Assembly (NCBI RefSeq): GCF_006345805.1
Contig: NC_043011.1
Location: 22,270,464-22,334,463, forward strand
Length of the DNA stretch: 64,000 nt
DNA from: Octopus sinensis
Lineage: Eukaryota
Reading direction: 5' to 3'
Of the stretch, positions 41,620 through 53,371 are shown piece after piece (position 1 is the first letter of the stretch; each line of letters opens with the position of its first letter). A program made the position numbers and the translations under genes. A model generated the notes under the pieces. The model was given only the letters and a program-made list of their open reading frames with translations. It was not told where the DNA came from and did not search any database.

Positions 41620-41840
41620 TTTCTTTGGGTTACAAGTTGATCTTCTAGAAGACATATCACCACTGATCTTATTGGGAGACCATGACAGCCAACTTCTATG
41701 GGGATAAAGCTGTGTACCATCTTCTGACCAGAGTCTCATCATATGTAGCTTTCTTTATACCTAATGAGACTTCGTCAATGTGCAGATCTGGGGAAGGTTG
41801 TTCTTTATATTTCGGGGACCACAAGAAGTTGCTCATTCAT
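41620..41840 (-). mobile_element. Decayed RLE-type non-LTR fragment (Hero/R2-like)
   Basis: The minus-strand peptide FIPIEVGCHG (41679-41708) and upstream EQLLVVPEI.RTT resemble the C-terminal EVGCRG motif. Confidence 0.45.
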
Positions 41841-42658
41841 TAATGCCTTTTCTCTTCATGCCAAAAATGTAGTTCAAAACAAAGCATGGAACCACTGTCA
41901 TCACAGGCATTGCCATCAGAATGCATGTAATCAGAACAGATACAACACGTATCTTGTCTGATGCTTTAACAAGTCCACTAATTCAATGCCCTGGACTGGT
42001 ATTTTATCAACTTTTTATAGGAAGGAAGGGAAAGAAAATCATATATATGTATGCATATGTATGTATGTATATATATATATATATATGGCAAAACCTTCAT
42101 AAATTAGAACACTTCAATAAATATTACTGCAACCAAAATTAAAATCCCTATAACAGACAATTATGCAATATCACTGTATGGTATGATATAAACAACAAAT
42201 CCACCATAAACCAAGAAACCCTTAACAAGTCCAACCCTATGAGAATGAAGTACAACTTAGAACAATGAAAACACACGATATAAAAGATTCGCAAAGAACA
42301 AGTGCATCATCAGCTGCCTAGTGGATATTATCTTGGTTTTGACACCTAGTCAGTGCCATTCAACTCAGCAGTGTCAACAGTATTAAGAAAGCATACACTA
42401 TATATATAAGTAATGTTCCTTCTTGAGCTATGCCAGGCTCATAAGGGCCGGTTTCCTGTTTCAGTGGCGGAGAAGCTCCCCACCTGGACGGGACGCCAGT
42501 CCGTTGCAGGATTACTCATTTTTGCCACCTGAGTGGACTGGAGCAACGTGAAAATGAAATGTTTTGCTCAAGAACACAATGCATCGCCTGGTCCAGCAAT
42601 CGAAACCACAATCTTACAATCATGAGTTCAACACCCTGACCACTAAGCCACGTGCCTC

Positions 42659-42710
<52 letters not shown>

Positions 42711-43139
42711 CATACATGTGCACACAAGAAACATTAGAAGCTAATAATCTTGATATGAAATGGCAGTGTGCAAATCATAATATATGTCTGCTAGCATGGA
42801 AAAATGCATATTAAATGAATGAATGATATCAGTATCTTCAGTATCATTTTACATCCATTTGCCTATGTTGGTATGGGTTGGATGGGTCTCAACATTTTGC
42901 TATGCTCTTCCCTTCAACCAGTCTTTAGTATGGAATGAATCTACTTTATTGAGTCACCAGCACTAAAAAAAGATGAGTTCAGGAAGACTAAAGAACCCTC
43001 TCTGCAATGTGTCAGTGTTTTTTCTGCATGAAATGAATTTACATTTTATCATGCTTTCTGGAATTAATCAATAGTCAACATGGTGGCTTTACAGTAATAC
43101 TTTCTATTGTTGCTAGGTCTACCCCTAGGCATCATATGG

Positions 43140-43330
43140 TAAGCTACTCTAGTTTCCTGGGGACTGCTATGATCTCAGTCTTTTTGGAGCAGACCTTGAG
43201 TTGAAACTCATTAAAGACAAAATTAACTTTGCTGACAAGTCTCTGGAGTTCAGTCAGCAGAGTAGTAATCAGCATAATGAAGGCTGGTGTCACCTGTAAT
43301 ATTGTTTGGATGTAAAGCATAGACCCTAAA
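43140..43330 (-). mobile_element. LINE RT fragment
   Basis: ELQRLVSKVN...EFQLKVCSKKTEII resembles the post-YADD RT motifs. Confidence 0.5.
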
Positions 43331-46300
43331 GTGGCTGACACAAAGTGACTGAGAGCATTTGAGACGACATAGTTAGTACAGGCATGTACTGTGGACCAGT
43401 AGAGTGGTCTGTACAGCAAACACTCGAGTCCTGGAAGAGATGAAAGTGAGCTGAAAGCTGGTGATGGTGGTCAGATGGCAAAAATTGCAATACTTTGACA
43501 ACATCAGCAAGGCTCAGAATCTCTTGTGCCCACATATTTTGAGGGTGGATAGACAGAAAACAGATTGCAAGCAACAAAAATGAAGATGGAGTGATGACAT
43601 GAGGGACAGGAGGGACTCTGGTGGAGTGTACAGCTCCAACACAAGACAACAAATGCATGATAAAGAGTAGTGGTTGTGTCAGAAGCCTTACTTCTGATCT
43701 TCAGCTATGGGGATAAGTATATTTGTTCTTCAATATTATAACTCTTATCTTCAAACCTAATAAAAATTGCTGAATAGTTAGTTTTATATCTGAAGTGACT
43801 ATTCCATAGTATTTGCCAGCAGAACCAAAATCAAAGTCGATCAACATCAATGGAAATTGCAGCTGTGATACCAGTGCCGGTGACAAGTAAGCGAACCATC
43901 CAATCGTGGCCGTTGCCAGCACCGCCCCGACTGGCCTCCGTGCCGGAGGCACGTAAAAAGCACCATCCGATCGTGGCTGTTGCCAGCCTTGCCTGGCCCC
44001 CGTGCCGGTGGCATGTAAAAAGCACCATCCGTCCGTGGCCATTTGCCAGCTCCGTCTGGCACCTGTGTGGGTGGCATGTAAAAAGCACCCACTATACTCA
44101 CGGAGTGGTTGGCGTTAGGAAGGGCATCCAGCCGTAGAAACACTGCCAGATCAGACTGGGCCTGATGCAGCCTTCTGGCTACACAGACCCCAGTTGAACC
44201 GTCCAACCCATGCTAGCATGGAAAGCGGATGCTTGATGATGATGATGATCAATATATTCTCATTAGGCTTTTGAAGTCTGAATTTTGATAACTGAATTTC
44301 TTCCTGGGCAGGACATTCGTGTGTCTGGTTAAAATTCCACTTCTGGTACTTATTTTTGGTAGACTGGGGCACTGAGGCATGCATGTGTGCTTCTTAATTG
44401 TTTTACATATATTTTCCAATACTAACATAAAAAATCTAAACATTTTTCAGCACTACCATGACAAAAATAAACATAAATATATGACAAAATAGCTGAAGTA
44501 GATTTGAACTCAAGATCTCTGAGCAAAGAGTCCAATAACTTCAGCTATTCAACTTTGCTACAGCTGAGATGTGGTTTGTAAATTGCAACAAACAACACAC
44601 TTAACAGACAACAAGTACTAATGTGGTCAACCTACAGCTGAATAACATTTATATATTGCTAGAGCTTATATTTTTATTGCTAAACATTGAAATATAAAAT
44701 AGGAATGTGATTTGTGGTTAACTATGGCTTTTTTTGTTTGTTATATAATTCCATGTATTCACATCTGAACTTCAGGTGAATTTTATAAGTTTGAATATCT
44801 GGAAAGAAGATAAGTATTAGTAGTAATATTACAATCCACGATACGTCATAAATAGTATTAAAGTAATGGGAATAATCAATATAATTAAGCATTAACTGGT
44901 TGCTGAATTAACAGTAGATGGAACTGGAAATATCCAATCTATCATGTGACTAACAGGAAAATAGCATCAAACCTGATCAACAGAGGGAGAGAGTAAATGC
45001 GTAAAAAAAAATTGTTTTTAAAGTCCCAAAGGCCTTTAAAGGATTGGTTCAGAGCTCCAGTTTCAAAGTGTTTTAACAGAATAAACAAATCTTCCTTTGG
45101 ACAAGATATAGCTCTATTTTGGGTAATATTTTCAAAGAAGCTGATTGTTATTTCTAACTGCAAAGTCAAATGAGGTAAGTGTTATTAAATATTCTGCTTA
45201 AAACATAAAACAGCTCAACTCAAGATATCAGAATTGGTAGTTCATTATCATATCTTCTCAGTTATTTTGTATCTGCTAGAGTAGAGAAAGGATGTGATTT
45301 GGCAATTGCTAAACCAGTCAAACCACCTTAAAGTGACATTACTAATATCTAAAGCCCAATCTCATCTTTTTCAACAGCATGAACAGTCACTCCACACATC
45401 AAGAGAACAATATTGTACCCGATGCTCTTTAAACATGAACAACATACAAGTAGAACCCTCAAGGTTACTATCAATGTCAGGCCTCACTATCATTGAGGAT
45501 CTCTTTTGCTGGTTGCACATATTCAGCATAGCAAAGACAAGTCTCCTTCTGTAGGACTACAAAAATAATTCAGTCCCAACATGCATTAATGCTTTACAAA
45601 GTTCAGGCAAGACTCACAATGGAATACCGATACCACTTATAGGACAGTTATACTGTGATACATACACCCATCATAGACCCCAAGTGATTAATTGATATGA
45701 AGTTTTTTGCCAACATACTTAATCTCTGACCAATAAATATGTTGTCCTTTCACTGTGCCACCAATATATGCTTTCTACTCTTTAGGGTTGTCTGGTCTTG
45801 AGACCATTTCCATTCAGGTAATCCTGATTCACTCATTACTCACATTGTGCCCACCCATCTCCAAGCCACCTCCCTATACAAACCACTTTTAACCAATCCT
45901 TCTCCCTCAGGGTGTCATCCCACTGGAAACTTCCAACCACCTCCTTGCCTTTGATAATCATGCAGCTGTTGAGAAGGAACATGGACTATGTTGAACTCAC
46001 AGGCACTGTGAAATTGATGGGCACAAACCCTTTCTCCTGCGCAAATGAAATGCAGGGAATACTTTCAGTCTATGCCACAGGAATACAAACTTATAATGTA
46101 GCAATGCCAATGATGCTATGGATCAAAAATTGTGTTCTTATTTCCTTCATATTCAAATAAGTCTGAAACCACTCATTTAATAGTTTATCCACATTTTTTA
46201 CCAAGATACATCATAAAACCATTATTGCTGTTGTTGCTTCTTAACCCTAAGTTAGATACTACTGAGTAAACCTATGATCAAAGACATTCCAGCTATGACC

Positions 46301-47589
46301 ATCCTGTGTTTTTCTTACGTGCAAGGAACTTGTCATCACATTATCCAGCATGACCTTTTTGTTTAAAATGATAAGATGTGAGGTGAGGAAGATTTGGGCT
46401 ACTATTTCAAGCAAGTTGAGAAATTACATAGAGGTTCCTTCATTAGTTCAAAGCTACAGACTTGTTCAATATTAGTGGTAATGGTAGAGTGCATAGTATT
46501 TTCAGTACTGTTTTGAAATTATAATAATTCACTAAAAGAGTAAAATTATATATAAAAACATCATGGAAGTCTCTCCTGGTTGAACTGCAACTTCTCTTCA
46601 CTGAGAGGTCACAGTTCTGGCATAACAGACATGTTATAAGAATGTCACAGTGAAGAGTCGCAAGACAGATTCTTCATGCTGAGCCAACCAGCAGGAGACC
46701 TAGGGGTAGACCATGAATTAGATGGTAGGATGTCATGCTTGGTAATCTAGCCAGAAAGTCTAACGATGGCTGCTACTGATAGAACCCTATGGTAGAGGTA
46801 CCTGAGGATTCTATCCTCAAGATTGTCCCAAGAAGAGTGGGTGGTGAAGATAGATGGATGGACATTTTTAAAATTACACACAAATACATACATATTACAA
46901 ACATGTACATACAATACATGCATTTCGCATTCAAAGCAACTCAAGTTGCTAATTGGGAGCTATAAAAATTTTTTTTCAGCTTACTAATACTCAATATGGG
47001 AAAAGCCTACAATCCTTGCCAATGAATTATTATTGTTTCTAAATGTTTTTAATACCTATCATGGGCTGCTCATATACATATACACACAAACATTCATCAT
47101 CATCATTTAACGTCCACTTTCCATGCTGGCATGGGTTGGATGGGTTGACTGAGGACTGACAATGATCATGCATGAATGGTGTTTTTTATGCGAGCCAGTC
47201 AGCGGCCCTAGCAATGATCATGCTCGGATGGTGGTTTTAACATTCCACTGCCGTGAGTGCCAATCAGGCCACATCAACGATTTTGATTTCACTTGCCTCA
47301 ACAGGACTTCGCAAGCAAAGTTTATTATCCAATGTATGAAGGGTACTCATAAGTGGGCTGGTTATATATATATAAACAAGAAAGCACAAAAAAACACAAC
47401 ACCGCGAGGACATGGAACAAATATAGTATTATTGGACGCTCAGGAAAGAAGGAAAGGAGGAGGGTTTAATGTTTTGAGCGGAGCTCTTCGTCGGAAACAT
47501 AGGAGAAGGAAAGATCCAGAGAAGGGAAAACAGAGGGAAAAAAAATCGCCAACGGTACACACGAGGTCACATTTTGAAAAATGTAAAAA

Positions 47590-47626
<37 letters not shown>

Positions 47627-50570
47627 TCATATATATACATATATATACACATACACATATATATATAATGTATATACATTTTATATATATATGCATATAT
47701 ATATATATATATAAAGAAGAAAGATGACAAAGGAATAATTGATTATCTTATGAACTTTGTTTGAAGCTTGGATGAAACTGTAAGGTGTTACTCAGACATT
47801 CAGCTATTAGTCCTCTGCATCTAACAGCAGAAACAGTTGTAAGCTAAAGAAGGTTATAACAGAAGCACTTATTCCTTTGTCATCTCTTTTCTTATTACTG
47901 CTTTGTACTTGACTAGTACTTTGTTCTGAAGCATACATATACTGAATTCTACACCAGGCTATTAGTATTTGCAATGCCTAAACAAAATACACACACACAC
48001 GAGTTATATACACATATATATAGGGATGACTATGTCAAGAGATTCAATTTGCAACCACAATTCTGGATTAGATTTTACTATGCCACCTTGGATGTCTTCT
48101 ACTATAACCTTGAGCTGATCAATATCTTTCAATAAAATCTAGTGGACAGAAACTGTAAGGAAGACTATTATGCATGTGTGTGTGTGTGTGTGCTTGGGCA
48201 TTGGTAATGTTTGTTTATGTGGAACATAAACAATATATTTGGTACTGCAACATGTGATGACCAAGAGTAAAGTACCATACTCTAAGAATAAGTAACAGTA
48301 GGTATCAAGAAGGGCATCTATCTGTAGAACGCTACCTGAAGTCTAGTCCAAACCATGCTAAGTTGAAAAAAACATACGGTAATGATAAGGATGACATCTG
48401 TGACTGGCTACTGCTGAGCATTTGATGGCAATAAAAATGTTTGTCAGGTTACATGCAACACGTATACCCATAGTACTGCAGATTAGAGTTTTATCATGTA
48501 AAATATATCCTTTCCCAACAAAAAAAAAAGGCTAGTAAAAAATAAGGACTTGTTATCTTAAGCAAAAAGAAATATCTATATACAAGTAGAAATTAAATCT
48601 TAAAAATGATAGGAAGGCTCCCTTGGTGGTCTAATTAGTAGTGGAGGTGGGTGTTCCAAAAGTATTGTAGGCAAGAGAGAAAATTAGCAGGGGAAAGATC
48701 AGGGAGTTATTTCAGTTAATAACACAGGGCTTCTCTCTTAGAATGAATGGCAGATTGTATGATGCTTGTGTACAAATCGTAATGTTGCATGGTAGTTAGA
48801 GAGAGGATTCGTGGAGACTAGAAAGAAATGAAGCAAGCATGCTCCACTGCATGTGTAATGACAGTGTGCATGAATGACAAAGTACAAATGGATTGAAAGA
48901 AAAACTGGCAGTGAGAATAGTCACCTGCAGTGTATGAAAGAAAAGACTAATGGTATGGACACATGATGCATGTAGAAGATAAAGGATGCATAAGGAAGTG
49001 CAGAGTATCAAAGTAGAGTGAGATCTAAGAAGTCATTGGAGGAAGTGCTGAAGATTGGTCTAATGATGGTGAGCCTCACAGAGGAGATGACAATGACCAT
49101 GTTGATTGGCAACACAAATTGCTGCAGAAGAGCCAGACAAATAAAAGCATGGCAAAATTGATGTTGAAAGTAGTGGTAGTGACAGAAATAGGAGGATATA
49201 ATGTGTACGTATATGTATGCATGTATACATATTTGAGTCAAGTTTGCATCTGCTACTTTCCTGGTCTTTGAAACATCTTTGTCCTTCTATTGCTCATATG
49301 TCAATTACTCATTCACATTTTTGCCCATCATTCATCTTCTCTCCACCTACCCTTCCTTCTATTTGCTCTATTCTACTAGTATAAACAATAAAGATAGTGC
49401 CTATACCAGGTATGCTCTGTGAAGTTGTTGAAGGGAGGAAGTGTATCCAGCCATAGAAACCAAGCCAAAAATGAAAATGAAACACAAGTGAGATGTGACA
49501 TGCCAACCTATCCCAACCCATACTAATATGGAAAGCAAACATAAAATAATGGTGATGATAAGCCAAATAACTGAACCCGTTCACTACAAGAGAATTGAGA
49601 TCCTCAAACCAAGGTTCCACATACAAAGCATTGCTGTGGGTGCTGGTGCTACATAAAAAAAAAACACTCAGTACACTCTGTAAAGTGGTTGGTGTCAGGG
49701 AGGGCATCCAGCTGTTGAAATCAAGCGAAAACAGACTATGGACTTGGTGCAGCCCCTGACCTTGCCAGTTCCTGTCAAGCCATTCAATCTATGTCAGCAT
49801 GGAAAATGGAGATTAAATATTGATGATAATGATGCACAAATTACTTAATTCTACTGAGCAGTAGACCTTGCTTCATTGATGAGGTCTAATAAGACCAAAA
49901 CATACATAGTGTTGTCACTGTACTGCCAAAAATTAGACTCATTCCCAATGCATTCTATTTCTAAGATAGTTTAAGTTAAATTCTAGAATTGTCTCCCTTA
50001 CCTTCTTAATCACAACTAATCTTTTGAGTAATGATTTATGGCTCAACATTGTGTATGTAAATTAAATTCATTAAAGTTTCTTATCTTCCTACAAATACGT
50101 TAGTATTATTGTCAAGTTTCTCTTAGCACATTTATAGGTCTCTCAGGCAAATCAATCATTTATTGACAGCAAGCCACAGCAAGCATAAATCAGAATCAGG
50201 CCCCTAGACCTGTGAGGCTCCTGGGCAACTGCTCAATGTATCTATGCCTTAAGAGAGGATTGATTATTCTCTATAGTATTTATAAACTATTGTATAAATA
50301 TCTTTTTCATTAGTGAACTGAACATTACATTACTTTTCAGTTTCATAGACAACCAGTAATATATAGTAATTTAAAAGCAAATTACTTTTTCTTGTAGAGA
50401 TACTTGTTATCTATAATACATTAAAAGTCAGTTTGAATCTTGCTTGCTCGCTTGCAATGTTACCCAGCCAAACTGGCTCATAATAGGAAAACACTATGAA
50501 TTAAGTTTACCCTGAAATGTTAATACGAATGGAATGAAACAAGTTTTGAGTAAATCTGAGCAGCAGTTAC

Positions 50571-50751
50571 TCTCTCTTTTACTTGTTTCAGTCATTTGAC
50601 TGCGGCCATGCTAGAGCACCGCCTTTAGTCGAGCAAATCGACCCCGGGACTTATTCTATCGGTCTCTTTTGCCGAACCGCTAAGTGACGGGGATGTAAAC
50701 ACACCAGCATCGGTTGTCAAGCAATGCTAGGGGGACAAACACAGACACACT

Positions 50752-50800
<49 letters not shown>

Positions 50801-50950
50801 GACAGGCTTCTTTCAAATCCACTCACAAGGCATTGGTCGGCCCGGGACTATAGCAGAAGACACTTGCCCAAGATGCCACGCAGTGGGACTGAACCCGGAA
50901 TCATGTGGTTGGTAAGCAAGCTACTTACCACACAGCCACTCCTGCACCTA
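50571..50950 (-). mobile_element. SINE family A (young)
   Basis: Reverse complement of the 57413-57806 type, with GAGTTA-like sequence on both flanks. Confidence 0.85.
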
Positions 50951-51430
50951 TGAGTTATTGAGTTATTGAGATATTTGGCGTTTGGGGGTATAAAAACCCA
51001 AAATGGTGCATAATGGGAAAATGTTCTGAATACAACATCATCCTAAAAGGGAAGAAGCTCGAACCTTTCAGTTAGACAGTGATTTGACAACAAAAAATTT
51101 GATTTGTTTTTTTTACAGTAAATGCTTTTGCTTTTGTTAAACACAATATTTTAATCATTTAGAATGTGATTTCAAAAATGTAAGTTGTCTGAACAGTAAG
51201 TATTTATATTTTAGCTTTCTTTAAATAGACAATATTTTAATGCTTTTTAAAATTACTTTCAAGTGAATACCATCACAAAAATTTTTGGGGGTATATTTAA
51301 AAAATATTTCAGAGTGAAAATGACTTTAAAAATATGGTAAATATTTTGTAACAGACCTGTTCATAACCTTGGTATGAAATAGTTTTTTTCCATGTTTTTT
51401 CCAGTGCATTCAATGTATCTCACCTTCAAA

Positions 51431-51543
51431 GATTTGGCTGCTATTTCTAGCATGCCCTGCTACTATGTAACAGCTATTTGCTATAAAGGACCCGAAATAC
51501 CTGTTATATGGTAGCAGGGCGTGCAAGAAATAGCAGCCAAATC
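51431..51543. repeat. Inverted repeat, 43-bp arms (39/43 identical)
   Basis: GATTTGGCTGCTATTTCTAGCATGCCCTGCTACTATGTAACAG versus the reverse complement of 51501-51543. Confidence 0.9.
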
Positions 51544-52259
51544 TATCCTTTTCTAGGGAAAGGAGTTGTTTACATGTGATTTCAATTTCACATTCGTTGA
51601 AAGCATGTGAAATAACCTGGAGAAGAAAATGCTGGGAAACTCAGAGTTTCCCAGTGACCCAATGGGTAATGGGTAGTCTAATATTAATTCAAATTTAAAT
51701 CTCAAACATACCAAAATTTGCTTTTAAATTAAAAATCTAAAGCCATTTACTCCTCTTGCTCAATCTTTCGGTACAAAATGCATCAAGAAAACGTTTTGAT
51801 TAGTTTACACATCAATGAGACAGTCCAAGGCAAGATCTACTCACATGGACTTTCAATTCATATATTTATTGTAAACAAGGTTAAATTAGATTTGAGGGAA
51901 TTGATGAGAAAAGAAATTTGAAGAGATTTTTATGTAAATAAACCATTTGCTCTGTGGTAGATACCTTTTATCTTTTACTTATTTCACTCATTGAACTCCA
52001 GCTATGCTGGAGCACCACCTCAAAGGATTTGGTTGAACAAATGAAGCCTAATGTATTTTTTTTTCAAGTCAGGAACTTATTTATTCAGTTTCTTTTGCTG
52101 GACCACTAAGTTATGGGGATGTGAACAAACCAGCACTGGTTGTCAACTGGTGGAGGTGGGGTTCAAATCCAATCACCCCCATCCCACATAACGATGGCTC
52201 TTTTTTCCCTCTAGTTACAGCCCAGAGCTGCGGCCATGCTGATGCAGTGCCGTTTAGTA

Positions 52260-52300
<41 letters not shown>

Positions 52301-52695
52301 AACTTTTACTTCCTCTAAGCGATCGGGTTCAGTCATCTTCTCCGGGCCATCAGAGAACATGCCGACGATGGCACAGAACACTGTTGCGCATAAGTGGATT
52401 TGTCGACCAGATCCAAGGACCTCACCGGACCGTTCGATCGGTAGTAGCGATGGGCGGTGTGTACAAAGGGCAGGGATGTGATCGATGCGGGCTGATGACC
52501 CGCGCCTACTGGGAATTCCTCACTCAGGCCCCGATCCCTATCACGCGAGGTGGTTCAGAGGTTTCCCGACCCTCTCGGGCCAGGGAGACACGCCCGCTTA
52601 TACCTCCAGTGTAGCGTGCGTGCAGCCCTGGACATCTAAGGGCATCACAGACCTGTTTTCGCCTCATGCGGCTTTCTGCTGCCCGTCCCTCTAAG
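52260..52695 (-). pseudogene. 18S rRNA 3'-terminal fragment (pseudogene/retrocopy)
   Basis: The minus strand has CTTAGAGGGAC...AACAGGTCTGTGATGCCCTTAGATG...TTGTACACACCGCCC...GTAACAAGGTTTCCGTAGGTGAACCTGCGGAAGGATCATTA, with CpG transitions and short deletions. Confidence 0.95.
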
Positions 52696-53169
52696 TAGTT
52701 TCCATCATCCAAATTTGCTCACAAGGCATTGGTTGGTTCAGGGTTATAATATAAAACATTTGCCTCAGGTGCTATGCAATGGAACTGAACCGACAACCAT
52801 GTGGTAGCAAAGCAAGCTCTTTAACTACACAAGCTGTTATTTTCACTTTATTTTACAATTATTTTCTGATACCAATTATATAAAATTAAGCTTCAAAATC
52901 TTTCACCTTATACATATAAACCTGATCACAGTACAGTGAATTAGAGTAGTAGTTCCTAAACTCGTTATCATGGAAACTTTATATGATTCTTCAAAAACCA
53001 TGGAAGCGCTAGTTGTACAACATCCTTGAAACAAAAATTATTTTAGAGGGTGAACATACTCATAAAAAAATAAATAAACATATTACTTTTAAAAAGGTGG
53101 ATACAATCTTTAGTGAAATTTATCAAAACATTCTTCTCATCTTGTGGGACCCCAGAATTTAATATTTCT

Positions 53170-53371
53170 TCTCTTCATGACATCCCAACATGTTTAGCTT
53201 TTAGCATTTTAAAAGAAGAAAAATGAAAATGTCTACAAAGTGTTCTTAGTCTGAAATTTCACTGAGTATTTTTTTCTGAAAAGATTTACAATAAGTTAGA
53301 TGAAGAGATTTGTGATGTTACAGTTAATTCTCTGAGTTATTACCCCAGGCAATGCTGGGTATTTCAGCTAG
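53170..53371 (+). mobile_element. Helitron-like 3' terminus
   Basis: A decayed GC hairpin CCCAGGCAATGCTGGG is followed by ...GCTAG|T. Confidence 0.5.

Noticed and set aside
43860-44095. CRISPR-like repeat/spacer pattern
   Set aside because: It is a eukaryotic RTE 3'UTR minisatellite; the spacers are mutually similar and there are no cas genes.
45080-45180. Plus-strand exon ending GAG|GTAAGT (nested gene)
   Set aside because: There are stops in all three frames and no partner exons.
52260-52695. Functional rRNA gene
   Set aside because: It is only the 3' portion, with no ITS1/5.8S, mutated conserved motifs, and a position inside a SINE.
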